DNA of 64,000 bases from a virus: IMG/VR virus record IMGVR_UViG_3300030329_005371, positions 1 to 64,000 of that record; one strand, written 5' to 3'. Shown here one piece after another: positions 46,591 to 57,780 of this stretch. Both the position numbers and the translations under genes were made by a program. The notes beneath the pieces are model-generated. The model was given only the letters and a program-made list of their open reading frames with translations. It was not told the DNA's origin and made no database searches. How positions within the stretch are numbered: the stretch's first letter is position 1; the number at the start of each line of letters is the position of its first letter.

Positions 46591-47681
46591 TGAACATTCC
46601 ACTACTAGATTTAAAAAGACAATATCAAGCTATAAAAAAGGAGATTGTTCCCCTTGTGAATGAGATCATGGAATCTCAATGGTTTGTTAACGGCCCGCGC
46701 GTTAAAGAATTTGAAGAGAATTTTGCTAATTTCTGCGGAGCATCTCATGCGGTTGGGTGCTCTTCGGGCACAGACGCGTTAATTATGGCACTAACAGCAT
46801 TAGACATTGGCTGTGAGGACGAAGTAATCACAGTGCCATTTACTTTTTTTGCCACTGTCGAAGCAATTATTAGACGAGGCGCCTCTCCTGTATTTGTTGA
46901 TATTGAAGAAGAGACCTTTAATATTGATACTTCACAAATTGAGGCGGCTATTACCCCTAATACTAAAGCTATTATTCCTGTTCACCTTTTTGGACAATGT
47001 TCAAATATGGAGGAGATTAGAAATATAGCAGCCAAGTATGATCTAAAAGTCATAGAAGATTCAGCACAAGCGGTAGGTGCGACATGGAAGTCCGACCGGG
47101 CTGGCTCAATGGGCACATTAGGGTGTTTTAGTTTTTTTCCTTCTAAGAATTTAGGCGCCTTCGGAGATGGAGGCATTGTTACTACTAATGATGAAGAGCT
47201 GTATGAGAAAATGTTGCGTACGCGTCAACACGGCATTGATATGAAAAATCCTTATTATTATGAACACATTGGAGGAAACTTCAGACTTGATGCCTTACAA
47301 GCAGCTGTATTAAACGTAAAACTTAAGTATATTGAACAATGGCAAGCACAGCGCCATCAGAATGCGCTATATTATAACGAACGCCTGAAAGGGGTGATTA
47401 CACCTCCGTCCTATGAATATGCTTATCATGTTTATAATCAGTATGTAATTCGTAGTTCTATGCGCGATAAATTAAAGCAAAAACTACATGATAATAATAT
47501 TGGATGTTCCGTTTATTATCCTTATCCTATACACCTACAGCCTTGCGTGGAGATGCTTGGTTATAAAGCAGGTGATTTTCCTGTAACGGAGAAAGCTTGT
47601 TCTGAAGTATTGGCCCTTCCAATATTTCCCGAGCTAAGTCAAGCGGAATTAGATCGTGTTATCGAGGTGATAAACCAATGA
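46590..47681 (+). CDS. DegT/DnrJ/EryC1/StrS sugar aminotransferase (WbpE-like)
   Basis: SGTDAL, EDSAQA, SFFPSKNLGAFGDGG, NFRLDALQAA. Confidence 0.95.
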   Translation: MNIPLLDLKRQYQAIKKEIVPLVNEIMESQWFVNGPRVKEFEENFANFCGASHAVGCSSGTDALIMALTALDIGCEDEVITVPFTFFATVEAIIRRGASPVFVDIEEETFNIDTSQIEAAITPNTKAIIPVHLFGQCSNMEEIRNIAAKYDLKVIEDSAQAVGATWKSDRAGSMGTLGCFSFFPSKNLGAFGDGGIVTTNDEELYEKMLRTRQHGIDMKNPYYYEHIGGNFRLDALQAAVLNVKLKYIEQWQAQRHQNALYYNERLKGVITPPSYEYAYHVYNQYVIRSSMRDKLKQKLHDNNIGCSVYYPYPIHLQPCVEMLGYKAGDFPVTEKACSEVLALPIFPELSQAELDRVIEVINQ

Positions 47682-48562
47682 GAGTGGTTCTGGTTGGGTG
47701 TGGTTCTATGGGACAAAAGCATCTTAATGTGCTGGACTCTATTGATAATTTAGAAGTAGTGGGAGTTATTGATCCTACTTTTGAAAGAGAAGGTATTAAT
47801 TTCAGCTCCATAGAACAATTTTTAGAAACAGAAGTTCCAGTTGATTTTGCCATCGTGGCAACTCCAACCAGTTATCATCACAAAAGTGCCATATCTCTTA
47901 TTCATAATGGCATTCATGTATTGATTGAGAAACCAATCGCCCCCACTCTTCAAGAGGCAGAAGAGATTAGATACGCAGCTACCAAGCACAATGTTAAAGT
48001 AGCAGTGGGTCATATTGAAAGATTTAATCCGGCAATTGTTGCTTTACGTAACGATTTAAAAGAGCAAAATGTTTTGACCTGTAATATTAAGCGTATCAGC
48101 CCCTATCCTGCTCGTATTCAAGATATAGGGGTAAAGTTAGATTTAGGCATTCATGATGTAGATTTGGTGAGATATATAACCGGCAAAGAGGTTAAGAATT
48201 ATCATTGTACTTCTTCCAAGGTAACACATCCAGATCGAGAAGACACAGCTTTATTTTATTTTCATTTAGGAAATACGTCCGCTACGATTTTAAACAGCTG
48301 GATGTCTCCTTTTCGGGAGAGAAAAATAGATGTCATGACAGAAGAACATTATTATAAAATTGATTTGATGACACAAAGCGTGGCAAAATATTCCATTATG
48401 GAATCGAACAGCTATGGGATTACGGATTTATATATTCAGCGTACAAATGCTCTACAGGACCAAACTATCGCATTTATAAATTTTATTGAAACGAATGATG
48501 CGGGAGATTTAGCGCAATTAGAAGATGCGATGATTGCTTTGGGATATGTTTTAGGAGATTAA
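47678..48562 (+). CDS. Gfo/Idh/MocA oxidoreductase (WbpB-like)
   Basis: GCGSMG, EKP, GHIERFNPA, DLGIHD. Confidence 0.9.
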   Translation: MRVVLVGCGSMGQKHLNVLDSIDNLEVVGVIDPTFEREGINFSSIEQFLETEVPVDFAIVATPTSYHHKSAISLIHNGIHVLIEKPIAPTLQEAEEIRYAATKHNVKVAVGHIERFNPAIVALRNDLKEQNVLTCNIKRISPYPARIQDIGVKLDLGIHDVDLVRYITGKEVKNYHCTSSKVTHPDREDTALFYFHLGNTSATILNSWMSPFRERKIDVMTEEHYYKIDLMTQSVAKYSIMESNSYGITDLYIQRTNALQDQTIAFINFIETNDAGDLAQLEDAMIALGYVLGD

Positions 48563-48563
48563 G

Positions 48564-49454
48564 ATGAAAGCCTGTATAAGTTATATTTCTTCGCGTACAC
48601 GGTGTATTGAGTATAGCCTTAAATCGTTATGGGATAATTTCAATTGTGATTACAATTATCCGGTATATGTAAATTATTTTGATGATATTTATGATAATTT
48701 GGATTTACGCTCTCACATTACAAGACACAATGAGCAAAATGTTATCTTTTGTCAAGTCCCCTATCAAACTCCCTCTTTTTTGAAAGAGGAAGAACTTTTT
48801 TATAATCGTAAAGATTTGTGGTATGCTCGTGAAAGATTTTCAATTGCTCGTAAAGGATATCTTCATATGTGTCATTACACAAGCAATATGTATGGATATC
48901 CTAATACTAATTTACATGAATATGATTATGTGATGACGCATGATGACGAGGCCGGATATACTAAGAAAATGCCCTATAATCCTTTTGAAGTTATGGAAAA
49001 ACAACCTTACTGGATCGGAGCATATGCGGTTAATCAACGCCTTAAAAATGGCCACCCCCATCAGGGACACTTAGATACTCGAACTGGACTGTGGGAGTTC
49101 ACTCGTAATTTTCTTAAGGAAAACGAAATAGTTCCCGAATCTCCCGTTCTACAAGCGCTGCTAAAAGAAACGAAAGCAGAGAACCTATATCATTATATTA
49201 AATGGTGCGATACGTATGTTATTAAAACTGAAATATTCAGATCGGAATTGTGGAATAAGTGGATCACTGCGATTAATAATAATGGTGGCATATACAAATA
49301 TCGATGGGGAGATAATGAGATTGTAACATTATTTGCTTATATGAGCCAAGATAAAATATTTGATTTAAAAACAGTCCCAGAAGGCTACCATGATCAAGGA
49401 ATGTTTAGAAATATTCAAGACTACGCACCTGGAGTTAAAGATGTCGCAAAATAA
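48564..49454 (+). CDS. GT15 (Kre2/Ktr-like) mannosyltransferase-like
   Basis: GYLHMC, YDY, GGIYKYRWGD. Confidence 0.7.
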   Translation: MKACISYISSRTRCIEYSLKSLWDNFNCDYNYPVYVNYFDDIYDNLDLRSHITRHNEQNVIFCQVPYQTPSFLKEEELFYNRKDLWYARERFSIARKGYLHMCHYTSNMYGYPNTNLHEYDYVMTHDDEAGYTKKMPYNPFEVMEKQPYWIGAYAVNQRLKNGHPHQGHLDTRTGLWEFTRNFLKENEIVPESPVLQALLKETKAENLYHYIKWCDTYVIKTEIFRSELWNKWITAINNNGGIYKYRWGDNEIVTLFAYMSQDKIFDLKTVPEGYHDQGMFRNIQDYAPGVKDVAK

Positions 49455-50256
49455 TATTGAGAAAAAACTAAAGCGCGAATTAGAAGACATGCAGAATTTG
49501 TGGCTTAATGGATCTAATCCGTCTTTGTGGGGATGGGAAAAAGCCTTGGAGAATTTCAACAAGAGTCCATATCCCATAGACATAGATTATATCGAACGAA
49601 GATGTATTTTACCATGTATGACTCCCGCGTCCACTGTTTTAGATATCGGCACTAACGGAGGATTTTGGCTTGGCAGGATGAAAAACGCTAAAAGACTTAT
49701 TGGAATAGATGCGCTCCCTGCGGCACATCTTGGATTTTGGAGCCGCATGACTAGAGATCTATCGCCAGAAGAATTAAAAAAGGTAGAATTCCATCAAATA
49801 TCAGACTTTAAGTGTTCGTTCTTGGAGGACAATAGTATAGATTACGTATTTTCATATGATGTATTTTGTCATATCTCATATTCCGGCGCCAAAGCTTATA
49901 TAGAAAATTTAGCACCAAAACTTAAAAAAGGGGCAAATTGCTTTATTATGATTGCAGATTATGATAAATATATCTACAAAGATCGAGCACTTTTTATAGG
50001 TGACGCCGAAGATTCCAATAAATTTATTAACTTAAATGGATTAAATAAGCTAGCTAAAGGCGCCGGATTCGATAGTGTAGATGAATTTGTCGCCGATTAT
50101 GATGGCATTAAGAAACAATCTCCAGGTCGGTGGTATTTTTACAATACCGATCGGTTTGTAGAACTGATTGAGAATAATGACTATGAATTGATAAATCGCG
50201 ATGTGGCAGTAATCGCCGATCCATTAAATCCCATAATTCACTTTAGGAAGCTATAA
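49441..50256 (+). CDS. Class I SAM methyltransferase
   Basis: VLDIGTNGG, SIDYVFSYDVFCH, LKKG. Confidence 0.8.
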   Translation: MSQNNIEKKLKRELEDMQNLWLNGSNPSLWGWEKALENFNKSPYPIDIDYIERRCILPCMTPASTVLDIGTNGGFWLGRMKNAKRLIGIDALPAAHLGFWSRMTRDLSPEELKKVEFHQISDFKCSFLEDNSIDYVFSYDVFCHISYSGAKAYIENLAPKLKKGANCFIMIADYDKYIYKDRALFIGDAEDSNKFINLNGLNKLAKGAGFDSVDEFVADYDGIKKQSPGRWYFYNTDRFVELIENNDYELINRDVAVIADPLNPIIHFRKL

Positions 50257-50918
50257 TGAAATCATCACTAAAAGATAGTATTTTGAGAAAATTTATTACC
50301 CCTGACTCTAATGGGAATACATTAATGACGCCGATTGTTATTTCTCGCGAAAAGAAAGTGCTTTATTTTCATATCGCCAAAACAGGAGGATCCTCTATCG
50401 CTCAGCTTCTCCGAAATAACAAAATGGATGATATGGTGTTAGGAAACAAACGAGGCATTCATGAAGAAAAAGTTGCTTACTTTGAGGAAGTCCTGGAGGA
50501 GTGGGAGGAATATTATAAATTTACATTTGTGCGAAACAAGTTTGATCTTTTAATCTCGCTCTACAATTATGACAGACAGTTGAATGGAAAATATAGTCTT
50601 CCTAATCATGTAACTTTTGAAGAGTTTATCACCAACCATGTTGGAGTCCAAGATCCTATTTATACACACTGGATTGACCAATATTATTTGACATACGCTG
50701 ATGGCGAGTGTATGTATGATTTTGTTGGAAGATTCGAGAATTATAATGAAGATTTAAATACAGTCTGTAAACATCTCGGAATTGAAAATACCCAGATTCG
50801 CACAAATATAGGCAACTATGATCGCAGCAAAAAACAAGAATACTACACTGAAGATCTAAAACAAATTGTAAAGGATAGATTTTCTGACGAAATAGAGTGT
50901 TTTAATTGGTGGTATTAA
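50256..50918 (+). CDS. Sulfotransferase family 2
   Basis: HIAKTGGSS, FTFVRN, GRFEN. Confidence 0.85.
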   Translation: MKSSLKDSILRKFITPDSNGNTLMTPIVISREKKVLYFHIAKTGGSSIAQLLRNNKMDDMVLGNKRGIHEEKVAYFEEVLEEWEEYYKFTFVRNKFDLLISLYNYDRQLNGKYSLPNHVTFEEFITNHVGVQDPIYTHWIDQYYLTYADGECMYDFVGRFENYNEDLNTVCKHLGIENTQIRTNIGNYDRSKKQEYYTEDLKQIVKDRFSDEIECFNWWY

Positions 50919-51737
50919 ATGGGAAAATTTAAGACTTGGAAAGAATTTGATGAATCGCGAGAGCTTGGATCTCCTACGATACACATTAAACCACGCGACT
51001 ACGCATTGAGACTGATGCGATATCAGATGTCCTGCAACCGCCCTAAAAGACCTGACCGGCCTGGAAGACCTCCTAGAAGTGTTGAAAGATTTGCTGCCCA
51101 TGGTGAGGATGGTATACTAGAAGAGATATTTTTAAATCGCTTGAACATTCAAAAAGGAATAGCATGCGAATTCGGTGCTTGGGACGGTATAGCATATAGT
51201 AATACTTTTAATCTTGTAAAAAATTATGGTTGGAAATGCCACATGATCGAGGCCGATCCGCAAAAAGCAAAAGAACTGCGAAAAACCGCATCAAGACCAG
51301 GATTAGATATTATTCCATATGAATATCTTATTGATTATAAATCAAGATTTATTGGAGATGATAAAACAAATCCATGTGAATCTGTTGCCAAACAAACTAT
51401 CACCTTAGAATCATTTTTAGACGAAATTAACATGCCTCACGATTTTGATCTTTTAAGTATTGATGTTGATGGGCCTGATTATCAAATATGGCAGTCTTTA
51501 GAAAATTATCATCCTAAAATTGTAATAATCGAAGCAAATAATAATGATTTAGATATAATCTACAAAGAAGGCGCAGATCATAGAATACATATGGAGGGGA
51601 GCACATCTTTTGGCCCTATGAAAAAACTTGGAGAGGCAAAAGGATATACTCTTTTGGTCTATACGGGGAATTTGATTTTTGCTAGAAATGATATTTATGA
51701 AATTTTAAAGCAATTTAAATCTGTGAGCTTGGATTGA
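50919..51737 (+). CDS. FkbM-like methyltransferase
   Basis: GEDGI, EFGAWDG..SN, LSIDVDG.DY. Confidence 0.75.
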   Translation: MGKFKTWKEFDESRELGSPTIHIKPRDYALRLMRYQMSCNRPKRPDRPGRPPRSVERFAAHGEDGILEEIFLNRLNIQKGIACEFGAWDGIAYSNTFNLVKNYGWKCHMIEADPQKAKELRKTASRPGLDIIPYEYLIDYKSRFIGDDKTNPCESVAKQTITLESFLDEINMPHDFDLLSIDVDGPDYQIWQSLENYHPKIVIIEANNNDLDIIYKEGADHRIHMEGSTSFGPMKKLGEAKGYTLLVYTGNLIFARNDIYEILKQFKSVSLD

Positions 51738-51743
51738 GATAAC

Positions 51744-52547
51744 ATGGAACAAAAGAAGATTAAAATTTTTAGTCCTGGCGCCTGTGGAACTAGATTTTTA
51801 ACTGGTATTTTTTCGTATACCCATGGACAAGAGAGCCCAACAATTCAGGAAGAAATTCTAGAAGATATTTGTAATAAATTTAAATTTCGTTCCGCGGGCC
51901 CCACACACTCTCCTTACCACAAGATAGAAAGTAAAGATCTGAACACCTTACGAAAAATAATTTTTCTTTATGGAGATCCTCGAAATACTTTTTTATCCAT
52001 TTGTAATAAACACGTTGATAGGAGGCATCGTCATTTGCTACATTTAGGCTATTTGGGCGATCGAAGCGAACTGGCAACATCTTTGAAGGACTTAGATACT
52101 ATGCATCGAACGCACATTCCCACAAGATCGATTCAATCATCGCGCGAAGCCATGACATTTCAGCGCATATCCCTTGGAGCCCCTAGGGTTACGGTCACTA
52201 CCGGTTGTCCGGACTATCTGGAGGCTGTAGCTATTATCATCGAGCAAATTAAATCTTTTTCTGGCCTAGAAGATCACTTCAATTCGTGGCTTCATGCCGA
52301 TTGTCCAATTCCTATAGCATTTGTAAAATATGAATATTTGTTGGAAGTTTTTGATCAGCTTCTAGACTTTGTTGAAATTTATGAATCGCGAAGTTTAATA
52401 AAGGCGTATGCTAATGCTGAGTGGAAACCAAGAAGATCAAAACACGAAGAACACACACATTCGGATAAATTAAATAAATTGTTCGACTCTCTTTTGTCGA
52501 TACAATCACAATTACCTCCATTTTGGATTAAGGAGCCAACAAAATGA
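51744..52547 (+). CDS. Sulfotransferase-like protein
   Basis: SPGACGTRFL, YGDPR, VKYE. Confidence 0.55.
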   Translation: MEQKKIKIFSPGACGTRFLTGIFSYTHGQESPTIQEEILEDICNKFKFRSAGPTHSPYHKIESKDLNTLRKIIFLYGDPRNTFLSICNKHVDRRHRHLLHLGYLGDRSELATSLKDLDTMHRTHIPTRSIQSSREAMTFQRISLGAPRVTVTTGCPDYLEAVAIIIEQIKSFSGLEDHFNSWLHADCPIPIAFVKYEYLLEVFDQLLDFVEIYESRSLIKAYANAEWKPRRSKHEEHTHSDKLNKLFDSLLSIQSQLPPFWIKEPTK

Positions 52548-53521
52548 AGATATTATTTATAGATCCAGCCGTCCATAGCGCGAAGTCAGCGACATACCAC
52601 CATTATAATTATCTTTACGATCGATTAAAGATGAGGCATTATCACGAAGTTTTTCTTTATAATAAAACTTCCTTTAATAACATTGGAGATGTTTTAATGG
52701 AGTGTCATCTAAACAATTTTAAGCCCGATATTATTTTCTTTGGAATGGGATGGTTCGCACTAAAGCCTCCACACTTTTCAAAAAATCTACATTTAGACAA
52801 AGTAGATATACCAGCCGTAGGATTTTTATTTAAGCCCCAGAACTTTTTAGAAGAAAAAATAAAATTTTTAAAGAATAATAATTTTGATTTGATTATAAGC
52901 TCTGTTCCTCAATGCGATGAATACCAAGAAAAATCCGGAATTGAGTGTAAATTATTGTCCCAAGCCGGCGATCCGAGGACCTTTTATGATCGTAAAATTG
53001 ACAAAATTTATGATATTGGCTTTAGCGGAGCATTACACGACAACCATATCTATGTAGACGGCGCTTTCAAGACCTTCAACATACGCTCACGCGCTCAAGA
53101 TTTGTTGCGCGAACAAGAAGGCATCTCTGCTTTTTTAAATGGTAGCGACGATGTAGCGGCCCGCATACCAAGTTATGAGGAGTATGCCAAAAAGATAAGC
53201 CAATGTAAGATGTGGATAGCAACCCCCGCGCCCTTCGAGGAAATTACAGGTAGATATTATGAAATTGGAATGGCTAAGACGCTACTTTTTTGTAGTGAAG
53301 TGCCAGAAATTTACAAAGATGTGTTGCGTGATGGTGAAAATTGTGTTATATTCTCTAATGATTTAAGTGATTTCTTAGATAAATTTTATTATTATCGAGA
53401 TAACTGGGAAATTACGCAGCAAATTATTGAGAATTCCTATAAAGAATTTCACTCAGCCCACACTTGGGAACAGCGTGTAGAATTTTTATTAAGTTATTTT
53501 AAAGAGGTACTGGAAAAATAG
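52544..53521 (+). CDS. CgeB-like glycosyltransferase
   Basis: YDIGFSG, RYYEI, HTWEQR. Confidence 0.75.
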   Translation: MKILFIDPAVHSAKSATYHHYNYLYDRLKMRHYHEVFLYNKTSFNNIGDVLMECHLNNFKPDIIFFGMGWFALKPPHFSKNLHLDKVDIPAVGFLFKPQNFLEEKIKFLKNNNFDLIISSVPQCDEYQEKSGIECKLLSQAGDPRTFYDRKIDKIYDIGFSGALHDNHIYVDGAFKTFNIRSRAQDLLREQEGISAFLNGSDDVAARIPSYEEYAKKISQCKMWIATPAPFEEITGRYYEIGMAKTLLFCSEVPEIYKDVLRDGENCVIFSNDLSDFLDKFYYYRDNWEITQQIIENSYKEFHSAHTWEQRVEFLLSYFKEVLEK

Positions 53522-53522
53522 A

Positions 53523-54656
53523 ATGGAAAAAATAAGTGTTATAGGCATCGGAAAATTAGGATTATGTTTTGGTTTAAGCTTAGAAGCAGCCGGCTATCAT
53601 GTAGTGGGGGTAGACATCAATGAGTCTTATGTAGAAGCCATCAACAATAAAACATTTAATAGCTCTGAGCCAATGGTAGAAGAAATGCTAAAAAATAGCA
53701 AGCACTTTGAGGCCACCACTAACCTTAAAAAAGCAATACTCCACTCAGATATAATTTTTGTGATTGTAGCCACTCCTTCTTTATCAAATGGGCGTTATGA
53801 CCATAAGCAAATAGAAGATCTTTGTGACAACCTCATGGCCATGGGCCCTCAAGCCGCACCTAAGCATCTTATTATTAATTGTACTACGATGCCTCAATAT
53901 TGCGAAAAGCTTCAAGAGCGAGTAGGGTTAAATAACTGGACTGTTTCTTATAATCCAGAGTTTATAGCCCAAGGAACAATTATAGCCAATCAAGAAAATC
54001 CAGATATGGTATTAATTGGAGAATCCAATGTGGACGTCGGAGATCGATTACAGAAGATATATGAGACGATGACACTAAACACTCCAAAAATTCACAGAAT
54101 GACTCCCACCGAGGCTGAAATTACAAAAATTGCTCTTAATTGTTTTTTAACAACGAAAATTTCTTATACTAATATGATCGGAGATATTGTATCGGCTTCG
54201 GGAGGAAGGCCTCAAGTTGTCCTTAATGCTGTGGGCGCAGACAGCCGCGTTGGCTCTAAGCTCACTCGTTATGGTTTTGGATATGGGGGGCCATGTTTCC
54301 CCCGAGATAATCGAGCCATTGGCATCTATGCTCAAGATATAGGCCTCCCAGCCGATATTAGTGCGGCCACCGACGAAATCAATATTAAACATTTGAGGTT
54401 TCAAATCAATGACTTTATAAGAAAGAATGATAAACATACCAAGATCTCTTTTGGGGATTGTCCGGAACCAGACCGAGTAATATATGAGAACGTAACATAT
54501 AAAAAAGGCTCTACCATGATTGAAGAGTCTCAACAATTAGCTTTTGCGGTGGCGCTAGCAGAGTGTGGATATGAAGTAAGGATTTATGATTGTCGAGAGG
54601 TAATAGAGAGCGTACGCGCCTTACATGGTGAGTTATTTGAATATGTGGAAATATAA
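53523..54656 (+). CDS. UDP-glucose/GDP-mannose dehydrogenase family
   Basis: GIGKLG, VATP, YNPEF, AEITK..N, GYGGPCFPRD. Confidence 0.9.
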   Translation: MEKISVIGIGKLGLCFGLSLEAAGYHVVGVDINESYVEAINNKTFNSSEPMVEEMLKNSKHFEATTNLKKAILHSDIIFVIVATPSLSNGRYDHKQIEDLCDNLMAMGPQAAPKHLIINCTTMPQYCEKLQERVGLNNWTVSYNPEFIAQGTIIANQENPDMVLIGESNVDVGDRLQKIYETMTLNTPKIHRMTPTEAEITKIALNCFLTTKISYTNMIGDIVSASGGRPQVVLNAVGADSRVGSKLTRYGFGYGGPCFPRDNRAIGIYAQDIGLPADISAATDEINIKHLRFQINDFIRKNDKHTKISFGDCPEPDRVIYENVTYKKGSTMIEESQQLAFAVALAECGYEVRIYDCREVIESVRALHGELFEYVEI

Positions 54657-55358
54657 ATGAGTTGGATGAAAAGATATCAAAAGAAGTTTAATATATTTAA
54701 AGTAATCTTAGATAAGAAGGATCCTGTTATTGTGGAAGTAGGCGCACACTATGGAGAAGATAGTGTAAGATTTACTGAAGCTTTTGAGGATTGTACTGTT
54801 TATTGCTTCGAACCGGATCCGCGTAATGTGGCAGTCTTTAAGAAGTATGTCAATAGCTCTAATATTCATCTCTTCGAATGCGCGTTGTCTAACGAAGAAG
54901 GTACCGCAGAATTTTATCAAAGTTTCCAAGATTTTGAAAACGAACAGGTACCAGACAAATATGATTGGATATCTCCAGAAGATTACCGCGACTATAACAT
55001 CAATAGTTCCGGAGCTTCTTCTCTCAAAAAGGGCTATGAGCATGCTCTAGAAAAGACAGTTACGGTAACAACTAAGCGTTTCGATAATTGGATGGTTGAG
55101 AACGATCTTGTTCATGTCGATCTTTTGTGGATAGATGTCCAGGGAGCTGAAGAACAAGTAATTGATGGCGCCTCAACTGAATTAGCCAATGTAGATTTCA
55201 TTTGGATTGAATACGGAGAAACTTTTTACGAAGGTGCTTTGTCCAGGATGCAAACTATAGCTCTTTTATCAGCCAAAGGTTTTAAAGTGTTAAAAGATTA
55301 TCCAAATTCATCGGACACCGGAGATCTTTTATTTTATAACTTAGCGAGAAAGAAATGA
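54657..55358 (+). CDS. FkbM methyltransferase
   Basis: EVGAHYG, FEPDP, IDVQGAE. Confidence 0.9.
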   Translation: MSWMKRYQKKFNIFKVILDKKDPVIVEVGAHYGEDSVRFTEAFEDCTVYCFEPDPRNVAVFKKYVNSSNIHLFECALSNEEGTAEFYQSFQDFENEQVPDKYDWISPEDYRDYNINSSGASSLKKGYEHALEKTVTVTTKRFDNWMVENDLVHVDLLWIDVQGAEEQVIDGASTELANVDFIWIEYGETFYEGALSRMQTIALLSAKGFKVLKDYPNSSDTGDLLFYNLARKK

Positions 55359-56227
55359 ATAATTATGAAAATCTTTTAGATTATATTGGATATCACGACA
55401 AATGGCACGGCACCAGACAGTCTCAACGTACTCCATATGTGTATAATCAGAATGAACACTTAACTAAAGAAATTTTAGATAGAATGAATATCGAAGAAGG
55501 TGTTTGTGTGGAATTTGGAGCATGGGACGGCCTTTATAATTCTAATACTAAGAACTTGATTGACAAAGGATGGCAAGCGATTCTAATCGAGCCAGATGAA
55601 CAAAAATATACTGAATTAGTTAGAAATTTTAGTTATAATTCGAGAGTCCGCTGTGTAAAAAGTTTTGTAAATGATACAAATAGTCTTTTGGATGATATTC
55701 TCAGAAGAGAGAATGTAGAAGAAATCGATTTTTGTAGTATCGATATTGATGGTTTAGACCTGGACGTATTTGAGGCGGTCCAAGAATTTTTGCCAAAATT
55801 AGTGTGTATAGAGGGAGGGCAAGTAATTCACCCTCGCGGCAACAGAATATCAACAGATATATCTAAAAATAATATTCAACAGAGCCTTAAAGTAATGGTA
55901 CAGAGCTTTGAATATAAGGGATATAAGTTGCTATGTTCTTATCAGGACGCATTCTTTATTAAAAAAGAGTATTATCATTTATTTAATGTAGATGAAAATT
56001 TGATGAATCAGTATATTAATGGCTTGTTAGCTCTTCCGAGAATTCCATATATTAAGAAACTATTGGATGAAAATAATCTACACAATTCGGTCTTGGAATA
56101 CGCGCTAAAAGATGTACCAGATTCTATTACAGATTACGTTGCCAGAGCTACGAAAAAATACAAAATGAGATGGGTGGATGATTTTTATGCTAATATCCAA
56201 GGGCGCTTAGAGGAGTTACGAGAATAA
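55355..56227 (+). CDS. FkbM-like methyltransferase, paralog of 50919
   Basis: EFGAWDG..SN, SIDIDG. Confidence 0.75.
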   Translation: MNNYENLLDYIGYHDKWHGTRQSQRTPYVYNQNEHLTKEILDRMNIEEGVCVEFGAWDGLYNSNTKNLIDKGWQAILIEPDEQKYTELVRNFSYNSRVRCVKSFVNDTNSLLDDILRRENVEEIDFCSIDIDGLDLDVFEAVQEFLPKLVCIEGGQVIHPRGNRISTDISKNNIQQSLKVMVQSFEYKGYKLLCSYQDAFFIKKEYYHLFNVDENLMNQYINGLLALPRIPYIKKLLDENNLHNSVLEYALKDVPDSITDYVARATKKYKMRWVDDFYANIQGRLEELRE

Positions 56228-56940
56228 TGTATCGCGCTTTATATACTCATGTGCCAAAGACAGGAGGCACAAGCATCAAAGATGCGCTAGAATCTCATAA
56301 AGATAGTTTAGTAATCACAGAAAACAGTAGCGTAATCAAGGAACATCCTAATATGAATATGGAGCATATTCTGGTCCTAAACTTTAGAAAATCCAACTCA
56401 ATGCGCAAAAAAGAAGCGATAGGAGAGAAGACGTGGAACAATCTTTATAAATTTGCTTTTGTGAGAAATCCTTGGGATCGGTACGTATCTAATTGGCAGT
56501 GGCTAGCCCTGAGACTAGGCCAGCGCAATAGCTGGGTTATGAGAGGCTGGCGAGGTATTGATGGTCATGTTTCTTTTACAAGTTTTGTAAAACAAATGGA
56601 AGCATGTTATATCGATTCTCCAAAACTACACCACTATCAACACGACAAGTGGCATATTCGCAATCAACTTCATCATCTTGTCGATTATGAAGGGAATATT
56701 ATGATAGATTATGTCGGACGCTTTGAGAATTTACAGGAAGAGTTTTCTACTATATGTAAGGAGATTGACTTAAAGATAGAGCTTCCTCATTTGAACTATT
56801 TTGGCCATCAAGAAGGTCTTCCTATGCAAAAAGAAAAGCCACATTATTCAACATATTATACGGATGAATTAGTAGAAATTGTTAGACAGCGCTCTCAGGC
56901 TGATATTGAAGCATTTGGTTACGAATTTGAGTGGAAATAA
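56227..56940 (+). CDS. Sulfotransferase family 2
   Basis: HVPKTGGTS, FVRNPWDR.VS, GRFENL. Confidence 0.9.
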   Translation: MYRALYTHVPKTGGTSIKDALESHKDSLVITENSSVIKEHPNMNMEHILVLNFRKSNSMRKKEAIGEKTWNNLYKFAFVRNPWDRYVSNWQWLALRLGQRNSWVMRGWRGIDGHVSFTSFVKQMEACYIDSPKLHHYQHDKWHIRNQLHHLVDYEGNIMIDYVGRFENLQEEFSTICKEIDLKIELPHLNYFGHQEGLPMQKEKPHYSTYYTDELVEIVRQRSQADIEAFGYEFEWK

Positions 56941-57779
56941 TGAATAATTATGTATTAGTAAATATGACAAATGGTTTTGGAAACAATATTTTCCAATACA
57001 CGGCCGCTCGACTTTTGGCGACTTTTCATAAGAAAGAAGTATATGCCAATCCTCCTTGGGAAGACTACTACGGAATCTCAGATCTGGAAAAATTAGGCAT
57101 TAAGTTCAGTGAACAAAAAGCAAATAATGAGGTATTATATATAAGTGATCAGAACTATCTTCACGCCTTCGATGAAAAATATAGCGATAGAAATTTTATA
57201 CTAACGGGATATTTTGAAGATTATAGATATTATCTCAATCAACGAGAGATGATTAAAAACTGGTTTCCTAACGTACAGGAAAGAAGCAGAGATGATCTGG
57301 TTGTCCACATGCGCACAGGAGATAGACTATTCATGAAGAATGAATTTTATAGTAAGCCCCGCGCAAAGAACTATTTAGAGGCGATTGAGCAATTTGATTT
57401 TAAAAACTTATATATTGTTACAGATATGCCTAAGTGGGACTATGTAACGGCAGATGAATTACAAGGTATGAAATTTCATCTTAATGTACCTGACAACGAG
57501 AGGGTGCCTATCCAAGAGTCCGTGAAGTTTTTTAATGAGTTTGTGGACGGCTTTAAGAAATACAGCCCAATTGTCGAAAGACGTAGTGTTGGAGAGGATT
57601 TTGATTTTATTAGAAGTTTTAAAAACATTTTATTTGAACACGGAACGCTTTCGTGGTGGGCTGCGTTTTTAAGTGACGCAGACAAAGTGGGCGTTTATGG
57701 TCCATGGCGCCCCTTTAAAGGAAATAAAAATAAGAATTTAAGTCAAATACCTCTTGACAATTGGTTTAAATGGGAATAA
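56940..57779 (+). CDS. GT11 alpha-1,2-fucosyltransferase-like
   Basis: GFGNNIFQY, GYFE, HMRTGD, TLSWWAAFL. Confidence 0.85.
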   Translation: MNNYVLVNMTNGFGNNIFQYTAARLLATFHKKEVYANPPWEDYYGISDLEKLGIKFSEQKANNEVLYISDQNYLHAFDEKYSDRNFILTGYFEDYRYYLNQREMIKNWFPNVQERSRDDLVVHMRTGDRLFMKNEFYSKPRAKNYLEAIEQFDFKNLYIVTDMPKWDYVTADELQGMKFHLNVPDNERVPIQESVKFFNEFVDGFKKYSPIVERRSVGEDFDFIRSFKNILFEHGTLSWWAAFLSDADKVGVYGPWRPFKGNKNKNLSQIPLDNWFKWE

Positions 57780-57780
57780 T